64,000 bases of DNA from Lama glama (GCA_028534125.1 CM052817.1:7690001-7754000), one strand, 5' to 3'; shown: positions 24,006 to 37,089, counted from the first letter of the stretch. Numbers and translations: made by a program. The notes: a model not told the origin generated them from the sequence alone.

Positions 24006-24925
24006 TTTTTTAATGTTCATTCTCATTATGAGGAATGCATAATTTTTAAAGGTATCATTTTTCACATGTTTTACTGGGAAAGGTTTTTGAAAAGTAGAGA
24101 AATTCAGTATTGATTAGAAAATGGTTACTAACATAATATAAATTCATGAAACTTTTCTAGAGAACACTTTGTATTATGCACCAAAGGAGGAATGAACTTT
24201 GATTCAGCAATCTGACTTCTAGAATCAATTTCGATGATGCTTATCATGTGAGACAAGGTACAAGGATGTTGCTTGTAGTTAAATGCTTATCAACGTAAGA
24301 CTAATTAAACAGACAGTGTGGCACTCATACCCCAGGTGTTACGTAGCTACTAAAGCGATGCACTTGGAAACGTGATATCCTTCTCACAGTTTTATATAAA
24401 AATTTTAGTATCGTCCTACTTGTGCAAATGTAATATGAGCCTGTGTGTGTAAACACACACACACTATGTACATATACAGATGTTAAACAAAATATTAGCA
24501 GTAGTTAATGGAGAATGGTGGGATATAGGGTTATCATCACTGTCTTTATAATTTCTTTAACTGATTTTTATAAAGTAAAATAAGTCTATGTGATACGTTA
24601 ACACCACATAATTTGGGGGCTTTTGTTTTAATGTTTGGACTCCTAAGGAGTACCTTACGTTGGTGAATGAGTCAGTATCCATCAGCCTATTAAGCCCCGA
24701 ATTTAATGCCCAGGGAGAGAGGTTCCCAACACCCAGCTCCACTTTCTGACGATAGCTCTTTGGATCTTAAACAGCTGGTGGGAAAGGAAAAAAAAAAAAA
24801 GCCATGTGAACTGAAGGGAACTGAAGTGTTAAATGGGTAAACAACGTGAGGAGGTCACACTACTGAGGAAAGGCCGCATCAGGGTTCACACGCCGAGCTA
24901 TTTCATTCCAGAGCCAGCTTTCAAA

Positions 24926-25165
24926 CCGCCCCATCCGGAAGCAGACGGGAGCCGCTCGGGTCTTGGCTCTGCCGCACCCTCACGGCGCGGATGCGGGGCA
25001 AGGAGAGCAACCAGCCTCTCAGAACTGCGCCTTCACCGCCTGTGAAGCTGGCGCGGTGGCGTCGCCCAGTCCGCAAAATCCTGTGCGCGAAAGGCAGCGC
25101 TGCCCGCCAGCGTGGCCCAGCATGGGTGCTTAAGAAGTATTTCCTGGGTGAATCGGTGAATGATT
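24926..25165 (+). promoter_or_regulatory. Small CpG-dense islet overlapping a MIR/L2-tail relic
   Basis: About 22 CpG by manual count in 24926-25112, against CpG-depleted surroundings; ggctctgcc, ggggcaag and cctctc anchors match MIR. Confidence 0.55.
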
Positions 25166-25811
25166 GCAGAGACAATAAATGTTAGCTACAACGGAGCATG
25201 AGAACCAGTCCTGCCGACGTGCCGGTGGAGCAAGAGTTTCCAGCCATGAAACATCCTTTACGGGGATTATTCATCAGAAGATACAGAGCTGTATACGTCT
25301 TACTCGCCACTAAGTGGTCCTTTTCTCTGTCAGTTTGATCTCCGTCGACAATGTTCATTCTTTCTCAAATGCAAACTGTAAACTCTTTAAAAAGTTGTTG
25401 ATTTTTTTTTCCTTGGGGAAAAAATACTACTTTCTTTACTTGCCAAAATAGCTAATATATTACATAGGTAGTTAAAACTAACTTTTAAAATTATGTTAAA
25501 AGTATTATAATGATTTAATAACTGAAATGTAATACATTAACAATAAGGGTGTTTTAACATTAAAAATCTATCAATATAGTATGTGGAAGGATACCTAAAC
25601 CTAATCTAAAATACCTGGAAAATACAGGAAAAATTGAAAGCAAAACTACAACCCAAACCCTGATGCTTCTCATCAACTGATTAAAATTGATACATATTAA
25701 GAAAATAGCTAAGAATCAGAATTATTTTCCCATTTTTATGTCAATATCTGTCAATTATGAGTGCAGCATAAATAAATGTATAAAAGTTGATCTTCACTAA
25801 TTTCAAAAAAG

Positions 25812-25955
25812 CATTTATCTTGTAGTACCTCATGGTGAAAAAGAATAAGAAAATGAACATATGTATATTCATGTATGACTGAAGCATTGTGCTGTACACC
25901 AGAAATTGACACATTGTAAACTGACTACAACTCAATAAAAAATAAATTTTAAAAA
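25812..25955 (+). mobile_element. L1 3' tip (camelid-type)
   Basis: atcttgtagtacctcatggtgaaaaagaata...tgtatgactgaagcattgtgctgtacaccagaaattgacacattgtaaactgactac + A-rich tail. Confidence 0.9.
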
Positions 25956-27570
25956 CATGAGAAAATTTAATTTTTAATTCAATAATTGCCTCTAAAGATT
26001 TGTTTCTTAAAAATAAATAAAAGCCTCTTTTAAAAAGGAACACAAAGCTGAAAAACGGAGAAATGAATTAAAGTTCCTTAGTATTTAAACTTTCCTCAGT
26101 GAAAAATTTCCGCAGGCCTGATAGGGATGAGCTGGAACTCCGTGGTGAGAACCAGGACTGTGGGTTTATCTGTACAACGATGGTTAAAATCCAGGACCTT
26201 TATGGCCTGTTCAGTGGTAGGTTTACATTGAAACTGTTATAAATTATTACAGAGGTGAAGCCAAGCCAAACAGTCCAACATAAATATATCTGCAGACACA
26301 CTGGCTACTATATATTCTAAACACTGTCGGTAAATGAATAAACAGAACTTTCTAAATCATTTAAGAAAATCTATTTATTCATAAAATCAATAATTTTTAG
26401 TTTTTAGTGTGAAACCCTCCATTAAAAAAAAAAAACACCTATTATATCTAATTTTTGGAATCTGTAAATCCCAGGCAGCTCCTTTCCTGTCATAATGGCC
26501 AGAACTTCACACTTCTCTGAGCGGTGTGTGAATGTTTTTCAGTCTGGATACTTGACTAATCTCTACCTGTTGAAATTGTTCCACTGCATTACACAAATTA
26601 AATATTTGAGCCCCACAATTTCTACAGACTGGCTCTGCCTCTGTATAAAGGGACAAAAAAATATAATACGACAGTCCGATTTTCCTAGGGCTTTGGGGGA
26701 AAGCAGCAAGACTGCCGGCCTGCCCTTGTGGGTGAATCACAGCCAACCAGAGCAGACCGAATTTTGTGGTTGTGTTTTATTTGCCTAGTCATATAACTCA
26801 GGGCTTTAAGTCTGCACATTGCTGACCAAAACATTAATTGTGGCAAAATAGTTTGTGTCTGTCCCGAAGAGTAAAACCAGAGTAACCCACATGGAGTGAC
26901 CATGAATTAGTTAAACAAGGGTAAAAAGCCCCAAACCTCCCAGGCTAAAGTCATTGGGAGGTCTGGTGCTGAAGATGGTTTCAATAGAAATGAGGTTGTT
27001 GGGGAGTGGGGGCTGCCTGTTGAAGCAGTAGGAATGGAGAGCCAAAGCTTTTCTGGTTAATATTTCTTTCTCTTTGTGCTCCAGTATTAATCAATGTAAT
27101 TGTCTTGCTCTGTCATCTGAATTTTCTTATCTATTAAACAGAGCCAACTTGTGATAATCTGCAGCCCAGTTTTCCTAAAAGGAATTTGCCTTCACTGTTC
27201 TCTTTTGTGATAGGGAGTATCTGTGACATTTTCACATAATCAGTGAATGTGGGACACGGGAGAAAAGCAAACCCAAACTGGATCTCACAAGACAGGGGAG
27301 ATTCCTTCGGAGAATTAGAAGGGAGATCTTTTAAGACAAGCACATCTGAGTTCAGGATGAAGGATTCAGTGTAAGGATGAAGGTTAATGTCAGGTTTTTT
27401 CCCTTGCTATTCATCATTCAGAATGTCCACTTTGAAGCGAGGCTGAAGACAAAACATGCCTTAGTCTCACTGCCTTAATCCCGTATTATCCAGGCAGGCA
27501 TCAGGGCATCAGCGCACGAGTGTCAGTTAGTGTGAGCAGGTGAAGGTTTTGTCTTTTTTAAACAGCTCCA

Positions 27571-27724
27571 TTTGCAAAACTATATTCAGCATCTTGTAAT
27601 AACCTATCATAAAAATGAATATATGTATTTATATGCATGACTGAGATATACTGGGACATTATGCAGAAATTGACACATTGTAACTGACTAGACCTCAATT
27701 TTTCAAAAATTTAAAAAAAAAACA
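27571..27724 (+). mobile_element. L1 3' tip (camelid-type) with TSD
   Basis: aactatattcagcatcttgtaataacc...cagaaattgacacattgtaactgacta + poly(A); TSD aaacagctcca (27560-27570) / aaacagcccca (27725-27735). Confidence 0.9.
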
Positions 27725-28012
27725 AAACAGCCCCAGCACCCTAAAGGATGAAAATATTTACCGGAGCCCTAGCAGTGGTACCGTCTGACCGTGCTAGATG
27801 ATGAAGTGCTCCTGATTAATGGAATAAACTTTCAGATCTCTAAATGCCATCCACTGTAATGGGCCAAAGAGGGTTTGGGGATTTTGCCTTTTTTTGTTTT
27901 TGTGTTTTGTTTTTGTTTCAGCAGAAAGGTTTTAAATTATCGGAGAACAGTTTCTTCCTGGGTTTGCAATAGAAATGAATGTTTATCTCCCAAATGACTC
28001 TTTAGAACAACT

Positions 28013-28156
28013 AGTTTCATGAGTTTCCTGGGACTGCTGTAACAAAGCACCACAAACTGGGTGGCTTAAAACAACAAAATCGGTTCCGTGTCCCTCTTCT
28101 AGCTTCTGGTGATGACCAGCAATCCCTGGCTCTGGGTGGCTTGCACTCCAGCCTCC
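28013..28156 (-). mobile_element. MaLR LTR (MLT1B/C-like), internally deleted and cut by the gap
   Basis: gagtttcctgggactgctgtaacaaagcaccacaaactgggtggcttaaaacaac. Confidence 0.8.
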
Positions 28157-28656
28157 NNNNNNNNNNNNNNNNNNNNNNNNNNNNNNNNNNNNNNNNNNNN
28201 NNNNNNNNNNNNNNNNNNNNNNNNNNNNNNNNNNNNNNNNNNNNNNNNNNNNNNNNNNNNNNNNNNNNNNNNNNNNNNNNNNNNNNNNNNNNNNNNNNNN
28301 NNNNNNNNNNNNNNNNNNNNNNNNNNNNNNNNNNNNNNNNNNNNNNNNNNNNNNNNNNNNNNNNNNNNNNNNNNNNNNNNNNNNNNNNNNNNNNNNNNNN
28401 NNNNNNNNNNNNNNNNNNNNNNNNNNNNNNNNNNNNNNNNNNNNNNNNNNNNNNNNNNNNNNNNNNNNNNNNNNNNNNNNNNNNNNNNNNNNNNNNNNNN
28501 NNNNNNNNNNNNNNNNNNNNNNNNNNNNNNNNNNNNNNNNNNNNNNNNNNNNNNNNNNNNNNNNNNNNNNNNNNNNNNNNNNNNNNNNNNNNNNNNNNNN
28601 NNNNNNNNNNNNNNNNNNNNNNNNNNNNNNNNNNNNNNNNNNNNNNNNNNNNNNNN
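28157..28656. other. Assembly gap (500 N)
   Basis: Run of exactly 500 n. Confidence 1.
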
Positions 28657-29694
28657 ATGATTATGATTTCCTGACCCTGCTCTTCACAGTCACTGTGTTC
28701 CTTGACCTACCTCTTGAGCAATAATTATATTTTGTCTTATCTTTTCAAAATAGAGCATAATCGGTCTTGACTTATGCCAGGACGGCTGAAAACAACCCCA
28801 GAATATTCCAAAACGATGTTTGCTTTGGGATGCAACACAACACCTTCCAAAGGAGCCTGAACCACGTGTTCAGAGCATATGCATACCTTCTAAGTATTGG
28901 CTTTGGTTGCGCCTTGCCAGTTGCAAAAGGAAAAAGAGTGAACTTGCAAAAATACCCCTGAGAGACTTCTTGGTATTTGAGCCTGGCTCAAGTCAGAAAA
29001 TATGAAAAGCCCTGTGTGAAACCCTGTCTCTGGTTAGAGACCTCTGGCCAGCGAAGACTGACCCCAGCACTCTTCATAAAGCAAACAAGCTTCTGAAAAC
29101 CTGGCCACTCTCTCCCGAAGCAACTCAAATTCCTACACTGGGAATTTGCTTATTACTAATACAATTTCCTTCATGAGAAGATGTGGACACAGAGAATATC
29201 CCAACTAGGGCATTTCAGATCCCCAATCCTTCCTATTTTACTTAAGCTGTAGGTGTATTTACACAAAAGTTTGGGCAGCATTAAACCGCAGCTCGTCAGA
29301 GAGGTCCTGGAAGCTCCGGACTAAGGCATCCTTCCCCACTTGAAAGGCGTCTTTTGGCCCAAGAATTAGCCAAAGGAGTTTCCGGTTCATTTGGAATCCA
29401 GGTCTCTAGTACAACATGGCTTTTTGCTTTTTTGGTTTTTTTCCCCTACCTGTTCAACCAACATGCAAGCTAAGACATTAAGTACTTTTCCATGGCTCTC
29501 CACAAGTGCAAAATGCTGCTTCTGCTCACATATAAATGAGGCCTTTTACAGTTTATAAAGTATTCTCTCACCTGTTTCCTCATTCACCTTCACAGAACCC
29601 CTGACGGAGGTGTCAGCTGTTGTGGGTTAAAATAAAGACAACTGTATTTAGAGTCAAAAGTACTGAGTACTAGTAATTATCTGTGTGATCTTAT

Positions 29695-30168
29695 GACAGT
29701 TAAGACTTACGTCAACTCTTGAGAGACAAAAAAATCTAAAATAATAGAGACTCAGACAGACAGACGTCTGTTTATCTCTCATGCAATCTAGAAGCAGGCA
29801 ATCCAAGGCTGGTATGGTTATGCCTTATACTTTATAGCTCCACCACTCTCAAACGTGCGGCTTCCACCTCACGCCTTAAGACAGTTGCTTGGACTGCGTC
29901 CATCCTGTCCATGTTCCAATCCTTAGAAAGGAAGAGAGGAAGAAGAGGGAGCAGGGGGTTTGGAACAGCTGGCCTACATGTTGCCGTATCAGCGCTCCAC
30001 TTACACCCCATTGGTTAGAACTCGGTCATGTGGCCACAACTAACTGCAAGGGAGGCTGGGAAAGGTAGTCTTATTTCAGGTCACATGACTAGCTAAAAGT
30101 CACAAGTTAGATTGACAAAGAATAATAGAAAAGTGGATTTTAAAGGATAACCAACAGGCTCAGCTACA
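29695..30168 (-). mobile_element. MaLR solo LTR (MLT1J-like) inserted in a MIR
   Basis: aggcaatccaaggctggtatgg...ccattggttagaactcggtcatgtggccacaactaactgcaagggaggctgggaaaggtagtctt. Confidence 0.8.
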
Positions 30169-30645
30169 AACTCAAGCAAGACACATGGAATCCCTGAGTC
30201 TGCATCTTAATCTGAGAAATATATAAACCCTACTTGTCAGACTGGTCCTTGAGCAGGGCTGAAGCATCTGACTGATCACTGACCACCAGCGTTGGGAGAG
30301 ATAATGCTTGGGTCAGGGACTTTATTTTTGTGACCTGTGAGCTTCTAAGACAAAGTATGGATTAAACAAGAACCCAGGCAGGAGAGTAGAAGTCTCAATG
30401 CCAAGCACCAAGTCAGGAAAAGGAACATTTTTGAATGGATGGAGATGGAAATAACAGTGAGCACTAAAGAGGTGAAATTAAACCAAAGATAATGTGATGA
30501 AGTGGGAAGGAGAAGAGTGGACTTAGGTGACTGCCCGGAACTACAGCTAAATTTAGTAACACTGAATACTTGTCTGCATTGGATATTTGTTTAATAGGGG
30601 TATGTTTCTGGCAGAACCAACCCAGTTTAAAGGTCTAGGGTCAGT

Positions 30646-31559
30646 AAATAGTCATCTCTCCAAAGAAGACACACAGATGGCCAACAGGCACATGAAAACA
30701 TGCTCAACATCGCTAATTATTAGAGAAATGCAAATCAAACCCACAAGGAAGTATCACGTCACACCAGTCAGAATGGCCATCATCAAAAAGTCTACAAATA
30801 ATAAATGCTAGAGAGGCTGTGGAGAGAAGGGAACCCTCCTACGCTGCTGGTGGGAATAGAAATTGGTGCAGCCACTGTGGAGAACAGTATGGAGGTTCCT
30901 TAAAAAAACTAAAAACAGAGTTACTACATGATCCAGCAATCCCACTTCTGGGCATATATCCAGAGAAAATTCTAAGTGAAAAAGATATATATACTCCAAT
31001 GTTCACAGCAGCACCATTTATAATAGCCAAGACATGGAAGCAACATAAATGTCAACTGACAGATGATTGGATAAAGAAGATGTGGTGTGTATATATATAT
31101 ATATGTATACAATAAAATATTACCCAGACATAAAAAATGAAGGAAATAATGCCTTTTGCAGCAATATGAATGGATCTAGAGATTATCATACTAAATTAAA
31201 AACAAGTATCATATGCTATCATTTATATATGGAACCTAAAAAATGTGCTACAAATCAATTTATTTACAAAACAGAAATAGACTCACAGACATAAGGAACA
31301 AACTTACAGTTACCAAAGGGGAAGAGGGGGGTAAATTTGGAATTTGGGACTAACAGATACACACTACTATATATAAAATATATAAACAACAAGGACCTAC
31401 TATATAGCACAGGGAATTATATTCAGTATCTTGTAATAACCTATAATAAAAAAAGAAATATGAGAAAAGAATAGATATATGCGCATAACTGAATCACTTT
31501 GATTTATACCTGAAACACTGTAAATCAACTACCCTTCAATAAAAATAAAAATTAAAAAA
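30646..31559 (+). mobile_element. 5'-truncated L1 with poly(A) and TSD
   Basis: ORF2 C-terminal peptides ([42 protein letters not shown]), full 3' UTR and A-tail; exact TSD gtctagggtcagt at 30633-30645 and 31560-31572 at a tt|aaag site. Confidence 0.97.
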
Positions 31560-32089
31560 GTCTAGGGTCAGTGCAGACAATAAGCATGACATGAGAATCT
31601 GCAAAAAACTTGGGAACTACATACTGCCACTCAAATGTAACTGAATACTAGTAGTATTATGAGTAACTAATACTATCTTACCACTTCTTCGTGATTATAG
31701 GTGGAGATAGTACCTTAAAAATCTCAGTGTCCAAAATAAATGTTTCTGATGATGAAAATTAGAAGCCACCACAGGCCAGAGACCAAAAAAGCTTACCCCT
31801 TTCATTGAGAACAGTCTTCTGCTGCCCTCCGGTTCTAAGCAAGAGAGGCAGCCCTGGCTCAGAGTGGAGGAGATCTGATTTCCTGACCTGCCTCCACCAT
31901 TTATAAGCTTTCGGGCCAGTTAGCCAAACTGGACTCAGTGTGCTTGACTGTAAAATAAAGTGACACAGGTTTATCCAAGAGATAAAGTTCAATTTAGATC
32001 CTAGATCCACATGAACATTAACAGAATAATGTCTACGTGTTGCATGCTTTGCTAGAAGCTGACCAGCTATCACGCACAACCCAAATACA

Positions 32090-32310
32090 AAGTGGTGCCA
32101 GGCTGTGATTAAGAGGGTAAGTATGGAGGCCGACTGCCGAGAATCCTGGCTGTGCCACTTGCTGGGTACATGATTCTGGCCAAGTCACTTACCCTCTCTG
32201 TGCTGCAAATTTCTCATCTGCAGGAGGAGGATGGGAATATATACTTCATAGGACTGTTGATCCATGCAAAGGGCTGTATATATACGGGCCATTATTATTA
32301 CTGATGTTGT
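32090..32310 (+). mobile_element. MIR SINE relic
   Basis: gaatcctggctgtgccacttgctgggtacatgattctggccaagtcacttaccctctctgtgctgcaaatttctcatctg. Confidence 0.8.
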
Positions 32311-32682
32311 TGTGGTTGTCTCAAAAAAAGCAATTGCCTAGTCTGCCCACATGTAGTTCCTATCTTTGGAGCCCCCATCCAGATCCTTCAGTAGATGCCA
32401 TCTGGGGCAAAACTATATGACAAGCAATAGACGAGGACTTGGGGATCCACCTCCTATTTCCTACTAACAGCCCTGAAATTGCTATTGCTGTTATCAGAGG
32501 AAACTGATGCTTTGTCCAAGGTCGGACTGTCAACAAGTTCTAGTCCTGGGAACTGAATGAGGCCTCTCTGGCTCCAACATTATGTTTTTTTCAACCTCAA
32601 CCTATTTTATTTTACATCCTTACCTGATCTTTGCTGATTAATTGTTTATTCTACCTCTCTAGTTAGAAGGAAAATTCTATGG

Positions 32683-32920
32683 TCAGGGGGTGTGGATAAA
32701 TTTGGAGTTTGGGGTTCACAGACACACACTACTGTACATAAAACAAACAACAAGGACCTACTGCATAGCACAGGAAACTATATTCAATGTCTTTTAATAG
32801 CCTATAATGGAAAAGAACATGAAAAAGGATAGATATATAATATGTATAACTGAATCACTCTGCTGTGCATCTGAAACCAACACATCATTATAAATCAACT
32901 ATATGTCAATTTAAAACAAA
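32683..32920 (+). mobile_element. L1 3' tip (older artiodactyl-type)
   Basis: ggataaatttggagtttgggg...aacaacaaggacctactgcatagcacaggaaactatattcaa...gtataactgaatcactctgctgt...taaatcaactat. Confidence 0.9.
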
Positions 32921-32964
32921 GAAGGGAAGTCCCAGGAAAATGAACTCTGCCTAACTCCCTACTT

Positions 32965-33335
32965 GATGTCACCTACAGGGTAAGGCCCAGGATCTTCAGA
33001 ATAACATTCAGGGCCTCCAAGGTCTCATCCTTACCTACCTCTCCAGGGTCCTCCATGGCTCTGTCATCAGTGTGCTCCCTTTCCCTTCCTGACTCTTCAC
33101 TCCTCTTCAGAGGAGCCATCCCCTCCTACGACCACGTGTCTCTGACCTTGCCACATACTCTGCTTTCCATGCTCCTCTCTCCTCTGCTCATGAGATGGGA
33201 TAACGCAGGCTTTTCTTTAAGACTCACCTCAGAAGAGGAATATCATAACTTATAGATGGGAAGGCACAGTAAGCGAAGGCGTCACTGAAACCCACTCCAA
33301 TTGGATCTTTATTTATAGCATCTCTGTACTTTCAT
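32965..33335 (+). mobile_element. L2 LINE relic
   Basis: cacctacagggtaaggcccaggatctt...cattcagggcctcc...ttctttaagactcacctcag. Confidence 0.55.
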
Positions 33336-34089
33336 AGAATGGGGATAGAAGCAGCATTTACTTTCTTTCCTACAAGGTGTAAGCCTTCCCCCAAATTTTC
33401 AACTGAAGTCTTCTTACTCTTCCGACATTTATCGACCTCAGACTCTGTGCCAAATTTATTTAGAGAGAGCTGACCCTCCGAAGGTGCAGCGTACACTGAC
33501 CACATCCCTAAATAGGTGCAATTATTCCTGCTCCCCAAATGCAGCCTGGGTATTTATCAAGATAATTTGCATTTGGAACCAGAGCCATGGATATGATTGA
33601 ATATAGCAATTTGAAGCATACGGAGCAAATGCAGCCAAGGACCTTTTGTGCATCCTAACTCCTAGTTTGAGCTCCACTTTTTCCAACTGCTCTTGAAAGC
33701 ATAAGTTCAGCTGCATAGACTCTCTTGGGGCTGAGCTGTATACGTGTGCACATAACTATTATGTTCTAGTTTATGACGCATTCACTCCGAATAACCACAC
33801 ATACCTGACCTTGTGCCCGCTTTGGGAAAATGGGACAACCGGGCTCAGCATACTTGCATTACGTGTCTGGAAGTGAAACAGACGAGAGAAGGCGCTTTTG
33901 TTAGTCCTCTGACAAAGAATTACTCTTTGAAGAACTAAAGAACAACAATTTTAAAGACCCCACACTAGAGTAATATCTTATCAGAGCTGCGGAAAGGACT
34001 TTGTGAAAGAGGGTTTGTATTTAGCTTAAGGAATATTTGTACCAGGTAGACATATAAACAGGCTCTCAGTAAAATATGAGCTTCCTTAG

Positions 34090-34320
34090 TATTGCAGAAA
34101 GAGCACAAGGATGAAGTTGGATCTAAGATAAATCCCAGCTCTGTTACATGCTGCGCAACATTGAGCAAGTATCTTAAACTTCACGAAACCTCAGTTATTT
34201 CAGCTGTAAAATGAGAATAGTAATAATTTTGAATGTCTGGAGGAGCTGAAATCATTAAAAGACATTATCTATGCTAGTTGCATTGGAAACTAGAGCCTTA
34301 GCAACAACTGAAAATATAAA
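34090..34320 (+). mobile_element. MIR SINE relic
   Basis: aatcccagctctgttacatgctgcgcaacattgagcaagtatcttaaac...cctcagttattcagctgtaaaatgagaatagtaata. Confidence 0.75.
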
Positions 34321-34689
34321 TGTAGGGAACTATCAACAGAGAAGAAAGTCTGAATTTTGTCTGGCGGTCGGTCCAGCTGAAGCTGAGTAGGACCTCAACT
34401 CCTGGGTCAAGGTCCCTGCTCTGAAGCCCAGTGACCTGGTCATGATAATCCCAGAGGTGCTCAATTTCAGAAAGACTAACCAAAATGCACAGAATTTGGA
34501 AGTAGGTAACAGAATGCTACTGTAATTGGAAATCTGAACTCGGACCCTATCTCAAAACTCATCTGGGAAATGGCACAGCAACTTATCTAAAAATGTGATG
34601 AGGCCCTCCTTGGTAGTTACTTCAAAACATCAACTGAACTGTGGGTAGGTACTAGAGAAAGCTGAGGTCGCTTCAAAAGAAAATGGAAA

Positions 34690-34690
<1 letters not shown>

Positions 34691-34720
<30 letters not shown>
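34691..34720. repeat. (GT)n microsatellite
   Basis: Direct inspection. Confidence 0.9.
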
Positions 34721-37089
34721 CCAGGCAGGTAGGTAGGTAATTCCGAAAGGGAAGGCGAGAAGGGAGGAGAGGGACGGCAGAGAGAGAAATGACTAGAACG
34801 GTGAAAGAAAATAAGGATTTCTAAGGCTCCACTTAAAATTACTTGCACTGACCTAAAGAGTCATGATCTCAGAACTGCAGGGGAAGTTTCCATCCTACCT
34901 GGCCTTATGTGTAATGTACATTTCCTGTGGTTATGGAGGAAAGAGGTTGAGTTTCCTGGGTCAAAGCAGACAGAAGATAAAGGAACAGCTACAAGACACA
35001 AAATGAGGAAAGACAGCAAATTAGAGCCAAAGGTGGCCCCCCAAAATGTAGGTGTATCACCTTTCCTCTACCGTGGAGAATTCCCAGGTACATGAGGAAG
35101 AGTATTAAACTTCTCCTTAAGGCACAGGATGGGGGATTGAGACAATCTTAGCTCGAATTTACTGAGTAGATAAAGATGTAACATTTTTTAATGAGAAAAA
35201 AAACGTGTGCCAAGAATGACATCACTTGAATCTTCGTGAGTGGATGCTTTCTCTGTCCTCACTCTGCTGAGAAACCTGTCTTAACCAGAAGTCTACTTGG
35301 ATGAGTGGAAAGGCAAATGATGGGAGTGCAATGATCTTGAGGGAAGTTCTCCAAGATAGCTTCTAGATGTCCATAAAACAGGGATGGCTGACAAAGTAAG
35401 AAAGGCCTACCCGACTCTGTGGGCTGAGATGCCCCCTCCTCCAGGCAGTGCTGGAATAGTTGACCCCATCTTTATCTGCTTCCTTCTCTTGCTTGCACTA
35501 TTCTGAATAACGTCAGCTGGCACCTTTTCCTTCTCTTTTTATTAACACCACTGTGCACAACTCAACCTTGCCATGCTGGTGTGGCCCAGACTTCGCTAGA
35601 GAACTTAGCTTAAAGCATCCCTTTCAGTCCCTCCTGCCAGATTGGAATAACCCCTTGAGTCATTTCGACCCTGTTATTTTAGGCTGCTTCTTTTAGGGCT
35701 GGCTAATTTCCTTCACCGTGTGCTGGCTTTGTGGTTTAGCCTTTGGAGGGTAATCTTATTTTTTTCTTGTTCCCAAATCTCGCTGTACCTCTGCGTATGG
35801 AAAACTAGCGTAATGAAGCTGGCACCTCGTTGATTTTCAATAAATATTAATCCCTTCTTTTTTCTTTGGAGGATTAAAAAAAACATTGCAATCTATTAAT
35901 GAACAGGAATTTAATAAGTGCTGGAGGAGAGCAGTGAGTAGTAGTAATAACAGAAGCTGCCGTATAAAATATATTGGAAAAGAAAGTTAAAAACTGTTAC
36001 ATGTAGAATACAGATTGCAACTTTGTTCCAATGGTATTGTTGAGACTGAATGAGAAGATTGTTGATTATAATTGCAATATATCTGGGGAAATTGTTTTTA
36101 TTCCAAAGTTGCCTGGAAGTTAACATGGGTTAGTATGAACCCACAGAAATAAAGAATTGTTAAAAGTACTCATGCCACTAATTTTATACGTTCTTACCGT
36201 ATGTTTATCTTTGCACATCTGCCTCCTCTCTTAATCTGTGAAAGTAGGATCTATGTCTAATTAATCCTCTATCCCTAATATATACCAGTGCTTACTACCC
36301 AACGGTATTCAATAGATCTTTATGGAATGTATGTTGAACATACAACTGAAATTTCCATTTAAGAAATTACCTTGTCAATGGAATAACTATATCCACTTTA
36401 TTCTATTACTATGTAAACATTAGCCCTCTTGCTATATTTCTCTCCAGGGACTAATATTTCTCCTCTTTGAGTTTGGATCTTTTTGTAAAGGAGTGAGGCA
36501 ATAAAGTTTGAATGCTGAGGTGAGGTAGGAAATTTTTCTTTTAGGTTTGATTTTTTTCTTTTAATTTGTTTGATTTTGAGACTTTGATTCAGGACTTAAA
36601 TACTGAAATACCTGCTACTTATCAAAACACTCCTCCAAAGACGGGATGGAAAGAACAAAACAAGCAAAGCTATTTGGCTGATACAGAGTTCTAACAGACT
36701 CAGGGGATGTTGACTTCAGTTACTGTGCATACAGATGCTGCCCAAACTCCATGTCCATGGAAGGAAAAGAACACGACCTTCCATGAGTTATGGGATGGCT
36801 CTAAGCAGCCAGCAAAGGGAGGAAAATAGGAGAAAAAAATGTTGGGTTTCTGCATGGGGAAGAACAGAGGGAAATAAATGTGTATTGTGTGTCCATTTTG
36901 AGCCAGGTGTGATGGGCAGAATGGTTTTCTATGGTTTGGTTCAATCCTATAGGAAAGAAATTGTTCTGATTTCCATTCTGGAGACCTGAAAACTGAGGTA
37001 CTCACAGTTATACAGCTAGTCAGTGTCTGGGATGCTTATGTGGGTCTGTCCGGCTCAAAATTTCTATCTCTTTCTATTAAACCAGTATT

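Larger units (their letters stand above)
22740..24600 (+). mobile_element. Ancient L1ME-type fragment split by a younger L1
   Basis: aaatgagcaaagaacataaatgtgaaattttcaaaagag (~22795-22835) continues at ~24012 with aatgttcattctcattatgaggaatgca...tttgattcagcaatctgacttctagaat. Confidence 0.55.

Noticed and set aside
24442..24461. Perfect hairpin tgtgtgtgt-aa-acacacaca
   Set aside because: A short microsatellite-derived inverted repeat, too small for a pre-miRNA.
28109..28674. 183-aa and 177-aa ORFs
   Set aside because: Artefacts of translating through the 500-N gap.
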